64,000 nt of DNA, taken from Ophelia neglecta (taxonomy: Eukaryota). This document shows, one piece after another, positions 1 to 11,050 of this stretch (its first letter is position 1; every line of letters begins with the position of its first letter). The DNA lies in assembly GCA_965285935.1 (NCBI GenBank), contig OZ260664.1:95170001-95234000 (forward strand), written 5' to 3'. The notes beneath the pieces are model-generated. The model was not told the DNA's origin. It saw only the letters and a program-made list of their open reading frames with translations, and did not search any database. The position numbers were made by a program, and so were the translations under genes.

Positions 1-2
1 GT

Positions 3-2195
3 TCTCTCATACCAACATCTGGAACATTTGTACTAATTTACAATGCGTACCAGCCAGGATCAATCGACAGGACAGTCCATAGCCAACATGTAGCCTTTCG
101 GGAAGGTAGAAACCCTGCAATAGTTTACTACTTTCAAGTAGTAACGTTGACACGGTTTAACTTTCGAAGGGTTCTGACATTTCATATTCGGGCAGACCCC
201 GATCTTCGTATCGCCTTACATGTAAACAAAGTGCATTTCAACTGTTTCCAGGCGTACGACGGCCCCACGTCTCGTTCTAAGTCTCTCAGACTAGGATGGC
301 AGAGGGGAGGCATTCGATACGTCTCAGCAATGTCAAGCTGGTTTATCATGATGCTTAGGATACTTAAATACGACCTTACTACATCGTGCAATGTAACAGA
401 TGAACTGAGCGCAAAATTTAGGTTAGTGTTTTCGACGACGAAGTCCACTCAACTACAAGTTACAGATTTCCATGTCCTCAACATACATCTTCCCTCAGTT
501 CATTGTCACGGCCACTCCGTGATGGTGTGCAAACTTGAGTTCAGCGCTACGAACAAACTGATGCATTTGAATGTATCTATTGACCAGTTTGTGACGGAAA
601 AGCCCACAGATTGCTGGAAGAGAGGGATGATGATTTATGAAACTGACCGGAAAAGGGACCAGGTAATATATGAGCACACACGACTATTGAGTATGCCTGT
701 CTTTACTTTATGCAATAACTACATAACGTGGGAGGGCGGTACCTCCGAAGGACCCATCATCGACAACATGGTCAGTTCTGGACATTCATACACCGTATTG
801 CTGTATTCCTATACAGAGAATTCGTCCAGAACCTGGGGCATTGGCGTGAAGCTCAGCGTGGAAACCACTCCTTGTGGAGGACTCTATCTGGACTGCCACA
901 AAAGAGATATTGTTAAAGACCCTTTGAAATCATACCACATTTCATTATACGGTCAGGTTCCTAGGTTTAAACAGATTGACGCCGATATGCGCTATATGAA
1001 CTTTTACACGTTTCGACCGCGTTGGTCTGCCTCCATCTATATTTTCATTGACGGCGGGACACTATCAATTGTAAGTGGTGTCACAAGCACTTTCAATTTT
1101 GTGGGAGTGCGAACAAGCGACAAATCTGGAAATTCCTGTGTTGTGCTGCATCATTTACAAACAGGAGTTCCCTTGCTGACGCCAAATAAAAGGTGTTATT
1201 TGTCAGTGGTTCAAATACGAGACACAGGACTTGATAATAATTTCGACATACAGTTAAGACGAAAAACGGAGAGGTCACTAAATTGCTCACCGTCTCGAAC
1301 TTTCGAATCCTGGGTTCTGAGTACATTTAAAGCCAATTCGCTGTCTGCAAATGCCTTATTATGGCAGGACCTTTTGCCTTTCTGTCAGAGTTTGTCCCTT
1401 TACGTAAAAGCCAACCCCATTCCAGCAAAGCTTTTTCCTGATCAACATATAACCAGTAAGTTCATGAGGAGAATGGAAGACATTTCAAACCTGGCCGATT
1501 CAAAGTCCTCCCTTCAGCATACAGTTCTTGTTCAGGGCACAAATCGGACGATGGCGGTGATCGCTCACTATGACAATGGTAATGGAATGGTGACCAGTAG
1601 GAGCTGCGGGTACAGGAAGCAGTCACCTATAACGGACACACGATTCAGGTTTTTTTCTGCCACATGCCCCCGTGTATGTTTATCAATTGACATCTTTTAT
1701 GAATTAGTAGAGAAGAAAATGTATAAAAAGTATCACCCAACGACATACCATAGGCAAACATGGAATGTGACCCTTACCAGTGACCGAGAATTTTCTTTGG
1801 TTGAGAGTGTTACCTTCTGTGATAGGTACATTATTATAAGACCTGATACCTCCCAATGTCCCCCAATAGACTGCAAGATCAAATTTGACATTGACCCATA
1901 TCATGCCTTTAATGCAATGAATCAAGAAATCAAATTTGTCCGACAAATAAAAAACTTCGTCCAAATGCAAACTGCGTATTTTGTGATCTGGGAGGAGGCG
2001 AAGATTTCTGGGAAACAGGCTGAAGCTAGATGTAAGCGGAGCGGAGGTCATCTGCCCGTTATTCATACAGAGAAAGATGCGATGGTAATCGGGGACCTGA
2101 TCTGGGGACGTTACGCTCCCGTCTCGCTATATGCAGCACCCTGTAGGACATATTCTGTCGTCTGTGCTCATTTCATTGGCTTGAACCCAATAACG
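3..2195 (+). CDS. Receptor copy 1, exon 1 (5' partial): CUB-like modules and N-terminal half of C-type lectin domain
   Basis: Frame is open from position 3 (SLIPTSGTFVLIYNAY...), matching the interior of exon 1 in copies 2-4. It ends with the CTL motif AEARCKRSGGHLPVIH...FIGL and the donor ACG|GTTTGT. Confidence 0.88.
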
Positions 2196-2828
2196 GTTTG
2201 TCCTTTCATAGATTTATGTTTACTTTTATACAGTATTTACTAACTTTTCACTGAAAAATTTCAATACAAATATATGTGATTATATCTTTTCTCAAAATAA
2301 TTCTTTTTTAAATAAACTTTTTTCTAAACTGTTAAACGCTGCGTAGGTCTCCCAATTCAAGACTTAAAACCATTAAAATTAAGAGTCAATTTCAAGCTTA
2401 ATTTTAAAATGGAACCACCCATTCTCTTCATTAAATGTTGTCCCTGTGGCAGCAGTATTTTTATATTACCAAATGGCGCTTAGAAATGCAAATACGAACA
2501 TATCTGCTAGAGGACAATATCTGCTGGTATTTCACTGCTTAGTCTTTGTTTCTAGCTAAAGCAATTAACTTACCGGCTTAACTCAGATGGCAATTTACAA
2601 GACGGCGATACAACCTCAAATTAAGTCGCTGTAAAAAAGGTACTTTTTTCGCAGATTTTTAAGAAAATTTTATTCCTGGGGACATCACAACACCAGCGAA
2701 TATTGATATCAGTCTAAAATGATCAGGAAGGTGCATCCTAGGATCAAAACTTTAATCTGTCCGCCCATTACTTTCAAACCTACTTAGGTGATGTTGTTAT
2801 AACGATTAGGTTTTACGATTACTCGTAG
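2196..2828 (+). other. Phase-0 GT-AG intron (633 bp) splitting the C-type lectin domain; equivalents at 13739-14381, 27705-28336, 39014-39646
   Basis: AT-rich, GTTTGT...TTACTCGTAG. Joining gives FIGLNPIT|GRWVDGSPVGFTKW, the CTL WIGL...WxDGS...W signature. Both splice sites are conserved in all four copies. Confidence 0.9.
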
Positions 2829-5800
2829 GGACGTTGGGTTGATGGAAGCCCCGTGGGATTCACCAAATGGACCAGTTCCCGCCACACCCTGCAAATGACG
2901 TCAGTATACTCAGCTATACCCGGGACAGATTCGACAACATCCACGTATCACAAAGACTGGTCAGACCTTCTATACAACCGATCTCATCGTGTTGTCCCAA
3001 ACTCGGAGGATGAATGCACAATGGCATTGTGGAATAAAGTTACCCTCGAATTTGAATGGGTCAGTATTAATTGTAACCAGAAAGTATTGCAATATAATTT
3101 AATTTGTGAAAGGAAACACCCGACCGGTAAACACCCAAAAAATGGGTTTCGGACAATTATGGCTGTTTACCTCTATAATATATTAGATGCATTTAAGTGG
3201 TATGAAAAAACCTTAGCAATTGGACCGACCGTCAGCGCATGGGCTATACTTGATTGTCAATCCTGGAAAATAGAATTCATCTTTGGGAAAACACATCTAT
3301 ATTTACTTGCCTCTGTTTCTTCATATATTAGTTTAAATGCAAAACTTTTAATGAGTGGACATTGTTCTATTTGGAAAAAGACTATCATTTCTTCAATGGG
3401 AGACAACAAACCGGGCGGGAACGATAAGCCGTTGGTTGGGGGGATGTACGTAACCGCTCTCTATCTGTCGCTTCCTCGCGAGATAATTCCACCACAGGAT
3501 TATGGTGACCCTGTTGATTTGTCCACAATGGTCAGTACAGGAATTGGCCAGTGCGCTTTTTATTGGGTTTATTATAACAACTCCTGTGTCAGACTTCATG
3601 ACACAACCGGAAGATTTATTGACAGTTTTAAAACTGTTAACATGTGTCAAAATAACGTCGCTGTTCACTCACTAGCAATTTTATACTCACGCATTATTAA
3701 TTTTGATATTTGTGACATCTATCAAATATTAATAACAAACATTACTGCTAGTGTTAGATCACAACTTTCATCTCTATTTATGGTATCATTTACGCCACCT
3801 TCAAATATCTCCACACCACACTTGCACGAGCTGTTTGTCTGTAAAGACGGACACTATATCCCAGACCTGTACTATCTGGACGGTACTCCAAACTGCCCAG
3901 ACGGTAGTGACGAGGTGGCCTTTATAAATGCATGTGAAATTCAGGGAAACGCAACATTCCAGTGTGGACACTGTCTGATTGGAACATGTGTGTGCATGGA
4001 ACATTACTACCAGTGTGAAACAGGGGGATGTGTAAAATGGGCGAAAGTATGTGATGGCGTGTTTAACTGTAACACTGGTGATGACGAACGGCATTGCAGT
4101 TCGACTTTTGTTCTAGAATTAGACCAAACGACAAACTTGTCCAGACATTTTGTCTGCAAACAAAGCGGACATGAAATACCCATTGACCTTTTGGACGATT
4201 TGGTGGCTGATTGTGAAGATTCGGAAGACGAAGCACTCGTCTCCTCATTCAACCGATACGAAACTCGAGATGCGATCACTATGAAATGTATTAAAACTGG
4301 AGGCTTGCCGTGTCTGCACGGACATCCTCGTTGCTACGCCGCTCATTTCATTTGCGTTTATGACCACAATTCGTTTGGACACCTCCGACATTGTCGGAAT
4401 GGTGCCCACCTTGCCGCCTGTGGCTTGGTCCAATGTCCGGCCATGTTCAAGTGCCCTGGCACTTACTGTGTGCCTGTTAGAAAGCTATGTGACGGAATAA
4501 CGGACTGCCCTGGAGCTGATGACGAACGGAGCTGTCCTACAGCGGCTCTGTGTCCGGGCTTCTTTAGATGCAAAAACAATAAATGTGTATCTCTACAGGA
4601 AATATGCGATGGAAAATCAGATTGTTCCCCTGACGATGATGACGAGTTTCTGTGTAATACTGTACAGTGTTCCGAGTTGTGTTCGTGTCTTGGTCGGTCC
4701 ATTGTTTGCCATCGTAATATTTCGTATATAAACATTGGTGGATACATGTCACTGAGCGTGCGCAATAATTTTGGCAGGCTACCAATCATTGACGACTACA
4801 GTGATCTCATTTCACTCACATTGATGGTTGATTTAAGCGGTAAATTGTCTAATATTACTAGTATGCCGACACTCTCTTTTCTGGACCTGGGCAACAACCG
4901 TATTACTGAATTGATTGGACAACCATTCAGTTCGTTGCGCAACTTGAGGAAATTATTATTAAGAGGAAATCACATCGAGAGCATCAATTCTGACAATTTC
5001 TTTGGTTTGAACGAGTTGCGGCTGCTCGATATCTCGAATGCTTATCTGCTACATCTAGATTCTGATTGCTTTACACATATGCATAAATTGGAGATTGTTG
5101 ACCTTTCTTCTAATAAATTGGAGGAAATAGACCCATTATTTCTGCAGAATCTTCCGCCGGGTGTGATATTGAATATCAATGAAAATCGCATGACTAAATT
5201 TCCAAAGAGGTCAGAGTTGATCCAGTCATCCATCCTGTTCATTTCTAATTCCAAATGGGTTTGTTGTTTAATTGGCATAGGTAAATGTCTTTGGTCTGGT
5301 GAGGTACTTGTTTGTGGACAGATATTATCATCTATAGAAATAGGTGCCATTCGTATCATGTCTGGATTGATGCTTATAATATTTTGTGTCTGTGTTATCC
5401 TTCGTGAATCAAAAAGGACTCGTCATAATCTATCCCACTGGTCGTTGATTGGAAATCACATATCTGATGCCACCATGGCCCTCTACTTAGGCCTTATGTG
5501 TGTAAAGGATGAGCTTGGTGTTTTCTCTAACGAGGAATACGTGCGTCGTTGGTGTATGGTACTCGGCTCTCTTCAGCTAGCGTCACTCTGTGGGTGGTCT
5601 GCCATGTGTATACTAATGTCTTACGCTTTTTATAAAAGTCTCAGTCTTTTAAAATTGGAACAACAGATGGGTTCTCTAAATAGTGTTGGGTTGGTATTGA
5701 TCACATGGCTGTTTGTGTATGGTCCTGTACTTGTTACCAGTTTGATAGCGCAAATATTCTCTGATGAAGTTCTGACTGCATCCGAAAACTGTTCTGCCAT

Positions 5801-6185
5801 TTTCCCTACCTCTTCTCCCGGTATAATACACATTGTGTTCCTGATAATTTGTTTACTGTTAAGTTTGATTGCACTGGGAGTGACAGCCGGGTTCTTTGGT
5901 ATGGCGTTAGCTATGGCAGCTAGGTCGGCAAGAAACGTGAAGAAGCATGGGGACAAAAGGAGCGCGAATTCATCCTCAACCCGTGTTGTCATAAGACACT
6001 TTGCCTTTACCACTATGATCCCGCTTTGTGGGTGTCTAGTTCTATCTGTTTGTCTACTGACCATCTTAACAATGGGATACTTAAGTCCATTTACCGGACA
6101 GTTGCTCTCCCTCTATGTGTTCCCATTACCAGGATTGATTAACCCGCTCTTCTTCCTGGTCCGAAGGTCCCTATTGTTGTTGTAA
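2829..6185 (+). CDS. Receptor copy 1, exon 2: CTL C-terminal half, LDLa repeats, LRRs, 7TM (GRL101-like LGR GPCR)
   Basis: LDLa motifs (CDGVFNCNTGDDERHC, CDGITDCPGADDERSC, CDGKSDCSPDDDDEFLC), LRRNT CSELCSCLGRSIVC, LRRs (LSFLDLGNNRI, LRKLLLRGNHI, LRLLDISNAYL, LEIVDLSSNKL), hinge VCCL, seven hydrophobic segments ending PLPGLINPLFF. Uninterrupted ORF. Confidence 0.9.
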   Translation, partial: GRWVDGSPVGFTKWTSSRHTLQMTSVYSAIPGTDSTTSTYHKDWSDLLYNRSHRVVPNSEDECTMALWNKVTLEFEWVSINCNQKVLQYNLICERKHPTGKHPKNGFRTIMAVYLYNILDAFKWYEKTLAIGPTVSAWAILDCQSWKIEFIFGKTHLYLLASVSSYISLNAKLLMSGHCSIWKKTIISSMGDNKPGGNDKPLVGGMYVTALYLSLPREIIPPQDYGDPVDLSTMVSTGIGQCAFYWVYYNNSCVRLHDTTGRFIDSFKTVNMCQNNVAVHSLAILYSRIINFDICDIYQILITNITASVRSQLSSLFMVSFTPPSNISTPHLHELFVCKDGHYIPDLYYLDGTPNCPDGSDEVAFINACEIQGNATFQCGHCLIGTCVCMEHYYQCETGGCVKWAKVCDGVFNCNTGDDERHCSSTFVLELDQTTNLSRHFVCKQSGHEIPIDLLDDLVADCEDSEDEALVSSFNRYETRDAITMKCIKTGGLPCLHGHPRCYAAHFICVYDHNSFGHLRHCRNGAHLAACGLVQCPAMFKCPGTYCVPVRKLCDGITDCPGADDERSCPTAALCPGFFRCKNNKCVSLQEICDGKSDCSPDDDDEFLCNTVQCSELCSCLGRSIVCHRNISYINIGGYMSLSVRNNFGRLPIIDDYSDLISLTLMVDLSGKLSNITSMPTLSFLDLGNNRITELIGQPFSSLRNLRKLLLRGNHIESINSDNFFGLNELRLLDISNAYLLHLDSDCFTHMHKLEIVDLSSNKLEEIDPLFLQNLPPGVILNINENRMTKFPKRSELIQSSILFISNSKWVCCLIGIGKCLWSGEVLVCGQILSSIEIGAIRIMSGLMLIIFCVCVILRESKRTRHNLSHWSLIGNHISDATMALYLGLMCVKDELGVFSNEEYVRRWCMVLGSLQLASLCGWSAMCILMSYAFYKSLSLLKLEQQMGSLNSVGLVLITWLFVYGPVLVTSLIAQIFSDEVLTASENCSAIFPTSSPGIIHIVFLIICLLLSLIALGVTAGFFGMALAMAARSARNVKKHGDKRSANSSSTRVVIRHFAFTTMIPLCGCLVLSVCLLTILTMGYLSPFTGQLLSLYVFPLPGLINPLFFLVRRSLLLL

Positions 6186-7286
6186 CAAAGGAAAGAACAG
6201 TAATTTGTGCATTAACAGCAATTGTTTCTTAAAGAACACACTAACTGTATTTGGGCCTATCTCTTATCAAGCACAGTATGCAATCACGCACTAATCCTTC
6301 CATTATTTCTGGCACCAAAATTGGAACAGTAAGTAAGTAATTCATTTATTTGGCGTCAATAATACATATTGAAAGAAATATAAACTCTAAACCAGCTGGT
6401 AAATCCAATATATAATACATATGATGCAACATATGGTCATTATTTATGAATCATACAGTTGGACAGGTATAATACAAAGCGAAAAAATGAGTTTTTCATG
6501 CATGAGTATGTGCTTAGTACCACAATAGAAGGCATTATAAACAAGAAAAACAAAGAGTCCTACATGGTTGCTGTATGTCTTGGGAAACCTGTTACATCCA
6601 TGATAATAAGCATATTCTCCATCTATTGACCGTTGGCGCAAACATTAAATTATCTACAGCAGGTAAAAATACCCTCAGTAGTTTTTCAACTGTAGGGTAA
6701 GCTCTAATGAGTGGTTATATCAAACCAGTCTTACTATATAATCGGTGGGTAGAACTAAAAGTATTCACGATGAATAAAATGTTGCTCCACCTGGCGACTA
6801 AGGTCACAGTTACGACTAAAGACTCGTGTCTTCAGGCTCGCTTTTCATTGCTGATTGGCCGAAAATGAATGTTTACCATTACTTTCTTTAGTTCTGTTTT
6901 CTAAAATTCGGCATTTTTTGGTAATTAACTTTTTTTTCGATTTATATTGAGGTTTTATATATACTGCTTAAGTGTTAAGCGCCATTTGGGCTCAATTGTT
7001 ATTATTACTTTTACCACGTATGTGTCCAAGTCTAAATAAATTGGGTGTTCGTAATTGGAATAGGCAGTAGTATGGAAATAATATTAAGTTTCGATGACGT
7101 TAATGTAACACTATTGAACTATAGTACCAAATGCATTATGTATTTCCTAGAATAAGCTTAGATTATATATATAGCTGAACAAAGTATATGTATTATTCAT
7201 ATTAATTATGATATTTTGATAGCGTGGTTTAAGTCTAAAATAAGGTGCATTGAGAAGTCAACCATATAAGTATTGGTTTTGATATT

Positions 7287-7521
7287 GTGGTCTGCCATGA
7301 GTATCATAATGCCTTACGCCTTTCACAAAAGTCGTAGTGTTTTAAATTTGGCACAACAGCTTGGTACTCTAAGTAGTGTTGGCTTGGTGTTGATAGTGTG
7401 GCTGTTTGTGTATCGTACTGTACTTGTTCCCAGAGTGATATAGCAGACATTGCCTGATGAGGTTTTAACTGCATCGGAAAACTCTTCTGCCATTTCCCCG
7501 ATCTCTTCTCTATGTATAATA
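7287..7521 (+). pseudogene. Decayed fragment of receptor TM3-TM4-ECL2 in spacer (also ~21460-21686, ~32794-33023, ~44101-44330)
   Basis: gtggtctgccatgagtatcataatgccttacgc...tgcatcggaaaactcttctgccattt aligns colinearly with exon 2 at ~5594-5830, with many substitutions and an in-frame TAG. Confidence 0.85.
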
Positions 7522-7860
7522 CTAATTTCATAACTGTTGGCCTCCTTTCTTTTAACCTCAGTGTTCTCATCCCATTTGACCAGAAGAATCCCAGCAACCA
7601 TTATATTTCCTATATGTATCAGTAGATGGTAAACATGATCCAAATGCTAAATAAATTATATATAGTAACTATTTGTAAAGTTAAAATAGACAGGAATGGC
7701 CTTGGTCGTTTTGCTTTTCAATCCTAACACGTTACGCTGATGGTTTAATGAGACACCATAAACTCTTATTATATTTAATGCTATTTCTCCAGGAAGAATT
7801 GTGGTAGTACCATTCAAGGTCGTAAGCTCTACCTAGCTTAGGCTAAATGTTTATACTAGC

Positions 7861-8037
7861 GACCATTCCCACTCTAACCTAACCTGCTCTTCCCTTACCC
7901 GCTCTGCCCTTTCCCGCTCTAACCTATCCTTCTCTGCAATTGCCCGCCTTAACCCCTCCCACTCTATCCTTAACTGTTCTGCCCTTTCCCGCTCTAATCT
8001 AACCTACTCTTCCCATTCCCGCTCTATCTTTTCCCGT
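7861..8037. repeat. Pyrimidine-rich 15-bp-period imperfect repeat, unique to spacer 1
   Basis: Units such as tcccgctctaaccta / tcccgctctgccctt. The other spacers read tatactagc..ttttc(g/a)attgacc without this tract. Confidence 0.8.
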
Positions 8038-8506
8038 GGTAATACGATTGACCGCCTCTTCTTTTGTACACAGTAGGCCTATAGTCCCCAGTTCAATCAT
8101 TAATTACTGCATAGATTATGGTCTATATATATTTTAATGCATTATTTGTATTCACTCATGAGATGATGAATGTACCCCAGTTGAATAAACATAATGATAT
8201 AATGATCAATTCGAGATGTTTACTAATAATTCTAGGATTGAACTTCATTTTAGTACAAAGCGTACATTGTATAACACTCTTTTTACATATCACATGGATA
8301 CGTTAACCGCTGTTCTATTAATCAAGCATTGTCCTGCATTCTATATCTTAAGTTGAACGTTCATAGCGTGTAAAATATAGAAAAGTAGTGTCAGTTGAAT
8401 ACACTGCAGACTCGGCAGAATGGTTAATAAAGAATAGTTCATGCCGCTGTTGAAGAGTGTTCACACCAACCGGTCATTATGATGTCATTCAGTTGTACTT
8501 CAGAAA

Positions 8507-8940
8507 GTTTAACTCGTATGAATACACAAAGTATTTGAATAGTCCACTTCCTACATGCATGTGCGTTCTTGCTTATGAAGTCATTGGGGCAATATAATTA
8601 CCCTCACACCGCTGTCTGAAGGATGGATTGTAATAAGGATGTGCGTCGTTCCATCGCATTGCTGCGGTATCCCCATGGCAATTCGCACTGCAAATACTTT
8701 GGAATATACAATGTTAATTGCTTCAGTATACAGGGAGCATATACAAACATTAACAAGGAATTTGCACTCGTATACGAACTGTAAATATACAAGAATTCAC
8801 GCGCTTTGTAGACTCTCGCGACATCCGTCAGACAGTTTTGTGAGGGTAATTATATAGCCCCAGCGATCTCACTGGCAAGAACACACAGGCATATATGAAG
8901 TGGACTATTTTGATACTTTGTAAATTCACACGAGTTGAAC
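8507..8940. repeat. Palindrome with ~100-115 bp imperfect inverted arms around a ~200-bp core (also ~22511-22908, ~33847-34246, ~45157-45552)
   Basis: Left ...gaatagtccacttcctacatgcatgtgcgttcttgc...ggggcaatataattaccctcaca pairs with right tgtgagggtaattatatagcccc...gcaagaacacacaggcatatatgaagtggactatt. In unit 4 a 29-bp stretch pairs perfectly. Confidence 0.9.
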
Positions 8941-9953
8941 AGCATGTGGCTTTATCTAGAAATCATTTGAAAGATCAATGGTCTAAAATAACTCTAAAAT
9001 GGGATCTCTACCGGATATTTTTCCGTTTAATAAAAGTTGCTTATTCACAATAAATCAAAGTTTGTTTTGTATTGTTTATGAAAAAACTTGATAATTGTCA
9101 TCACATTTAACCTATATAAATTATCACTAGTCATAAGTTCACGATAATACTGCCTCCCATTACAATTGATACAATCTTTATCAGATATTTGAATTTATAT
9201 CTTGGCAAGCTTATTCTTTAATACGGAACTGTTGTTAGATTTTGGAAGCGGCCTGACCATTCGGGATAGGCTGGGCCCATTACTACTAGCTGAGACCCGT
9301 ATTGATCGGGTTTCTGGTTTGACACCCGTGATGATCGGGGTTTCTAGGACTTACCCATTGACTAGGGCTAGGCTTAATGCCAAAATGGCAAGTTTAAGAC
9401 CAAATACAGCTTCCATAAACCCACTTTTTAGGTTAAGGCTGATTAAGCACCTTTATCCTGATCTTAGTCGTCCGAGACCACTTCCAGAAGCTGAGCCCTT
9501 AAAAAGTCAAATCTAATCCAACACAAAACAAGACAATATGTCAGCGCATAAGTGAATTAAACTCATTAGATTTCAATCTAACTGGCGTTGGCTTTAATGG
9601 TATCAGGGAGATTAAGTTTTGAATTAAATTCACCCTGTATTAGTTTTAACTGTAGACTCTTATAAGGTCCGGTTTCATTTTACTTTTGTTGCTGAAATAA
9701 ATCTTAGTTTACCATTTTACGATTGGAAACTTTCATCTCTGTTTTCCTAATATAAATCATGTTTGAATTAATAGGATTTTAACTTTGATGACTCTTCACA
9801 AGTCATCGGATAGGAAACATTTGTTAAATGTATATTTATGATTATGCCCCTATACTTTAGATGAAAAGTCATGCCGATTTGGAATAAAGTTAAGACATTT
9901 GAATGGGCCAGGATTATTAGTAAACAGGTACTGCTCCTAGCTCACAGTTTAAT

Positions 9954-10214
9954 CTGATGAAATGCTTGGTTTGCTCGTTGTGCCAGTGACAAACCTTACG
10001 TCGGGTGACTGGGCATTTTTGGTATGTGTCCCACGTCTGTACATCAGGAGGGCAGCCTCACTTGGTGCTTTTATTTTATATCATTTTATCAGAAACTTAC
10101 ATTTTTAAAATATTTGACTGTTGTTTCCCTTATATGTACAGCGCTCGTGAACATGTAGCTTTTATATAAGACAAGCACTATATCAAATGTCAATAAATAA
10201 ATAAATAAATAAAT
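9954..10214 (+). mobile_element. 5'-truncated L2-clade LINE 3' end with (AATA)n tail (also ~23912-24182, ~35250-35520)
   Basis: The unit-2 copy translates LLVVPVTNLTSGDWAFLVCVPRLWNELP, like the L2 ORF2 C-terminal GDRAFSxxAPxLWNxLP motif. It is followed by tacagcgctcgtgaaca...aagcactatatcaaat and AATA repeats. Confidence 0.8.
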
Positions 10215-11050
10215 GAAAAGAGAATAATCCCTGGTTTTTACGATAATTTACGGGTTTAACCCATTCAAAGTGTAACTTTCAAAACTTTCAATTTCATTTT
10301 TTATCAAAAATGTTGAATATGGATATATAAATTTTCTAAAATAAGAAAAATCAGCTAGGCCGGGTTTACGGAAGCAGACCGAAATCCTAACTAGCATTAG
10401 AATAAGGATAAAAGTGCTTAGTCGGCCTGAACTTGTTAACCCGGGTTTCTGGTAGTTTGATTTGGTCTTAAACCTTTCCATTTTGATTTTAACTTAACCC
10501 TGGTTAACGGAAACAAAGATTGAAGCGGTCTAAGCATAGTGATAATAGGCTATTTTAATCCCTAAACTTAAGACCTCTTCCAGAAACTGGGCCTTGGGGA
10601 CTAAAATTCATGTTGATACACCTACGAACAGACACCATATGTTGATAAGGTATACATTACCGGCGTGAGTAATCTAATACGGAGGCAAATCATTGGGTCC
10701 ATGCATATTTGAATTCTTGGCATTTAATTTAATTTTACAGAAAAATGTGAGCTTTAATTACATTGGTCTTTGAATCTAAACATGATGAATCTCTCGGCTT
10801 CGTGTTACACTTAGTCTTAAAATTGGCATTGTAATTTTATACAGTCGCACTTTCTGTTATCTGAAGTGATTGGATCATAACTGCTTGAAATAACATGTAT
10901 ATCCACATTTAACCAGTAATGTGGAATAATAAAATTTCCAATTTCTACCAATAGTATTTTATTACACTTCATATGAAAATTTGTCCCACTTATATAAATT
11001 CTCTCGGGGCTAGGGCCTACCCGGTAAAGATTTCTTGCAAGGCAGCCATA

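Noticed and set aside
5630-6064. Recurrent antisense ORFs within receptor exons (e.g. 144 aa)
   Set aside because: Shadow ORFs of near-identical coding sequence with no independent evidence.
147-6185. Two-gene operon-like pair (ligand + receptor) or stop-codon read-through between the two long ORFs
   Set aside because: A conserved GT-AG phase-0 intron restores a single CTL domain. The TTG/GTG ORF starts are artefacts of the ORF caller.
9202-9516. 104-aa ORF conserved in spacers 1-3 (also 23160, 34498)
   Set aside because: TTG start, no recognisable domain, overlaps repeat-derived DNA. Conservation is explained by recent duplication, and the ORF is not preserved in the divergent terminal spacer.
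10248-10481. 77-aa minus-strand ORF (MERFKTKSNYQ...) repeated at 24233 and 57750
   Set aside because: Lies in a probable MITE remnant, is broken in spacer 3, has variable C-termini and no domain signal.
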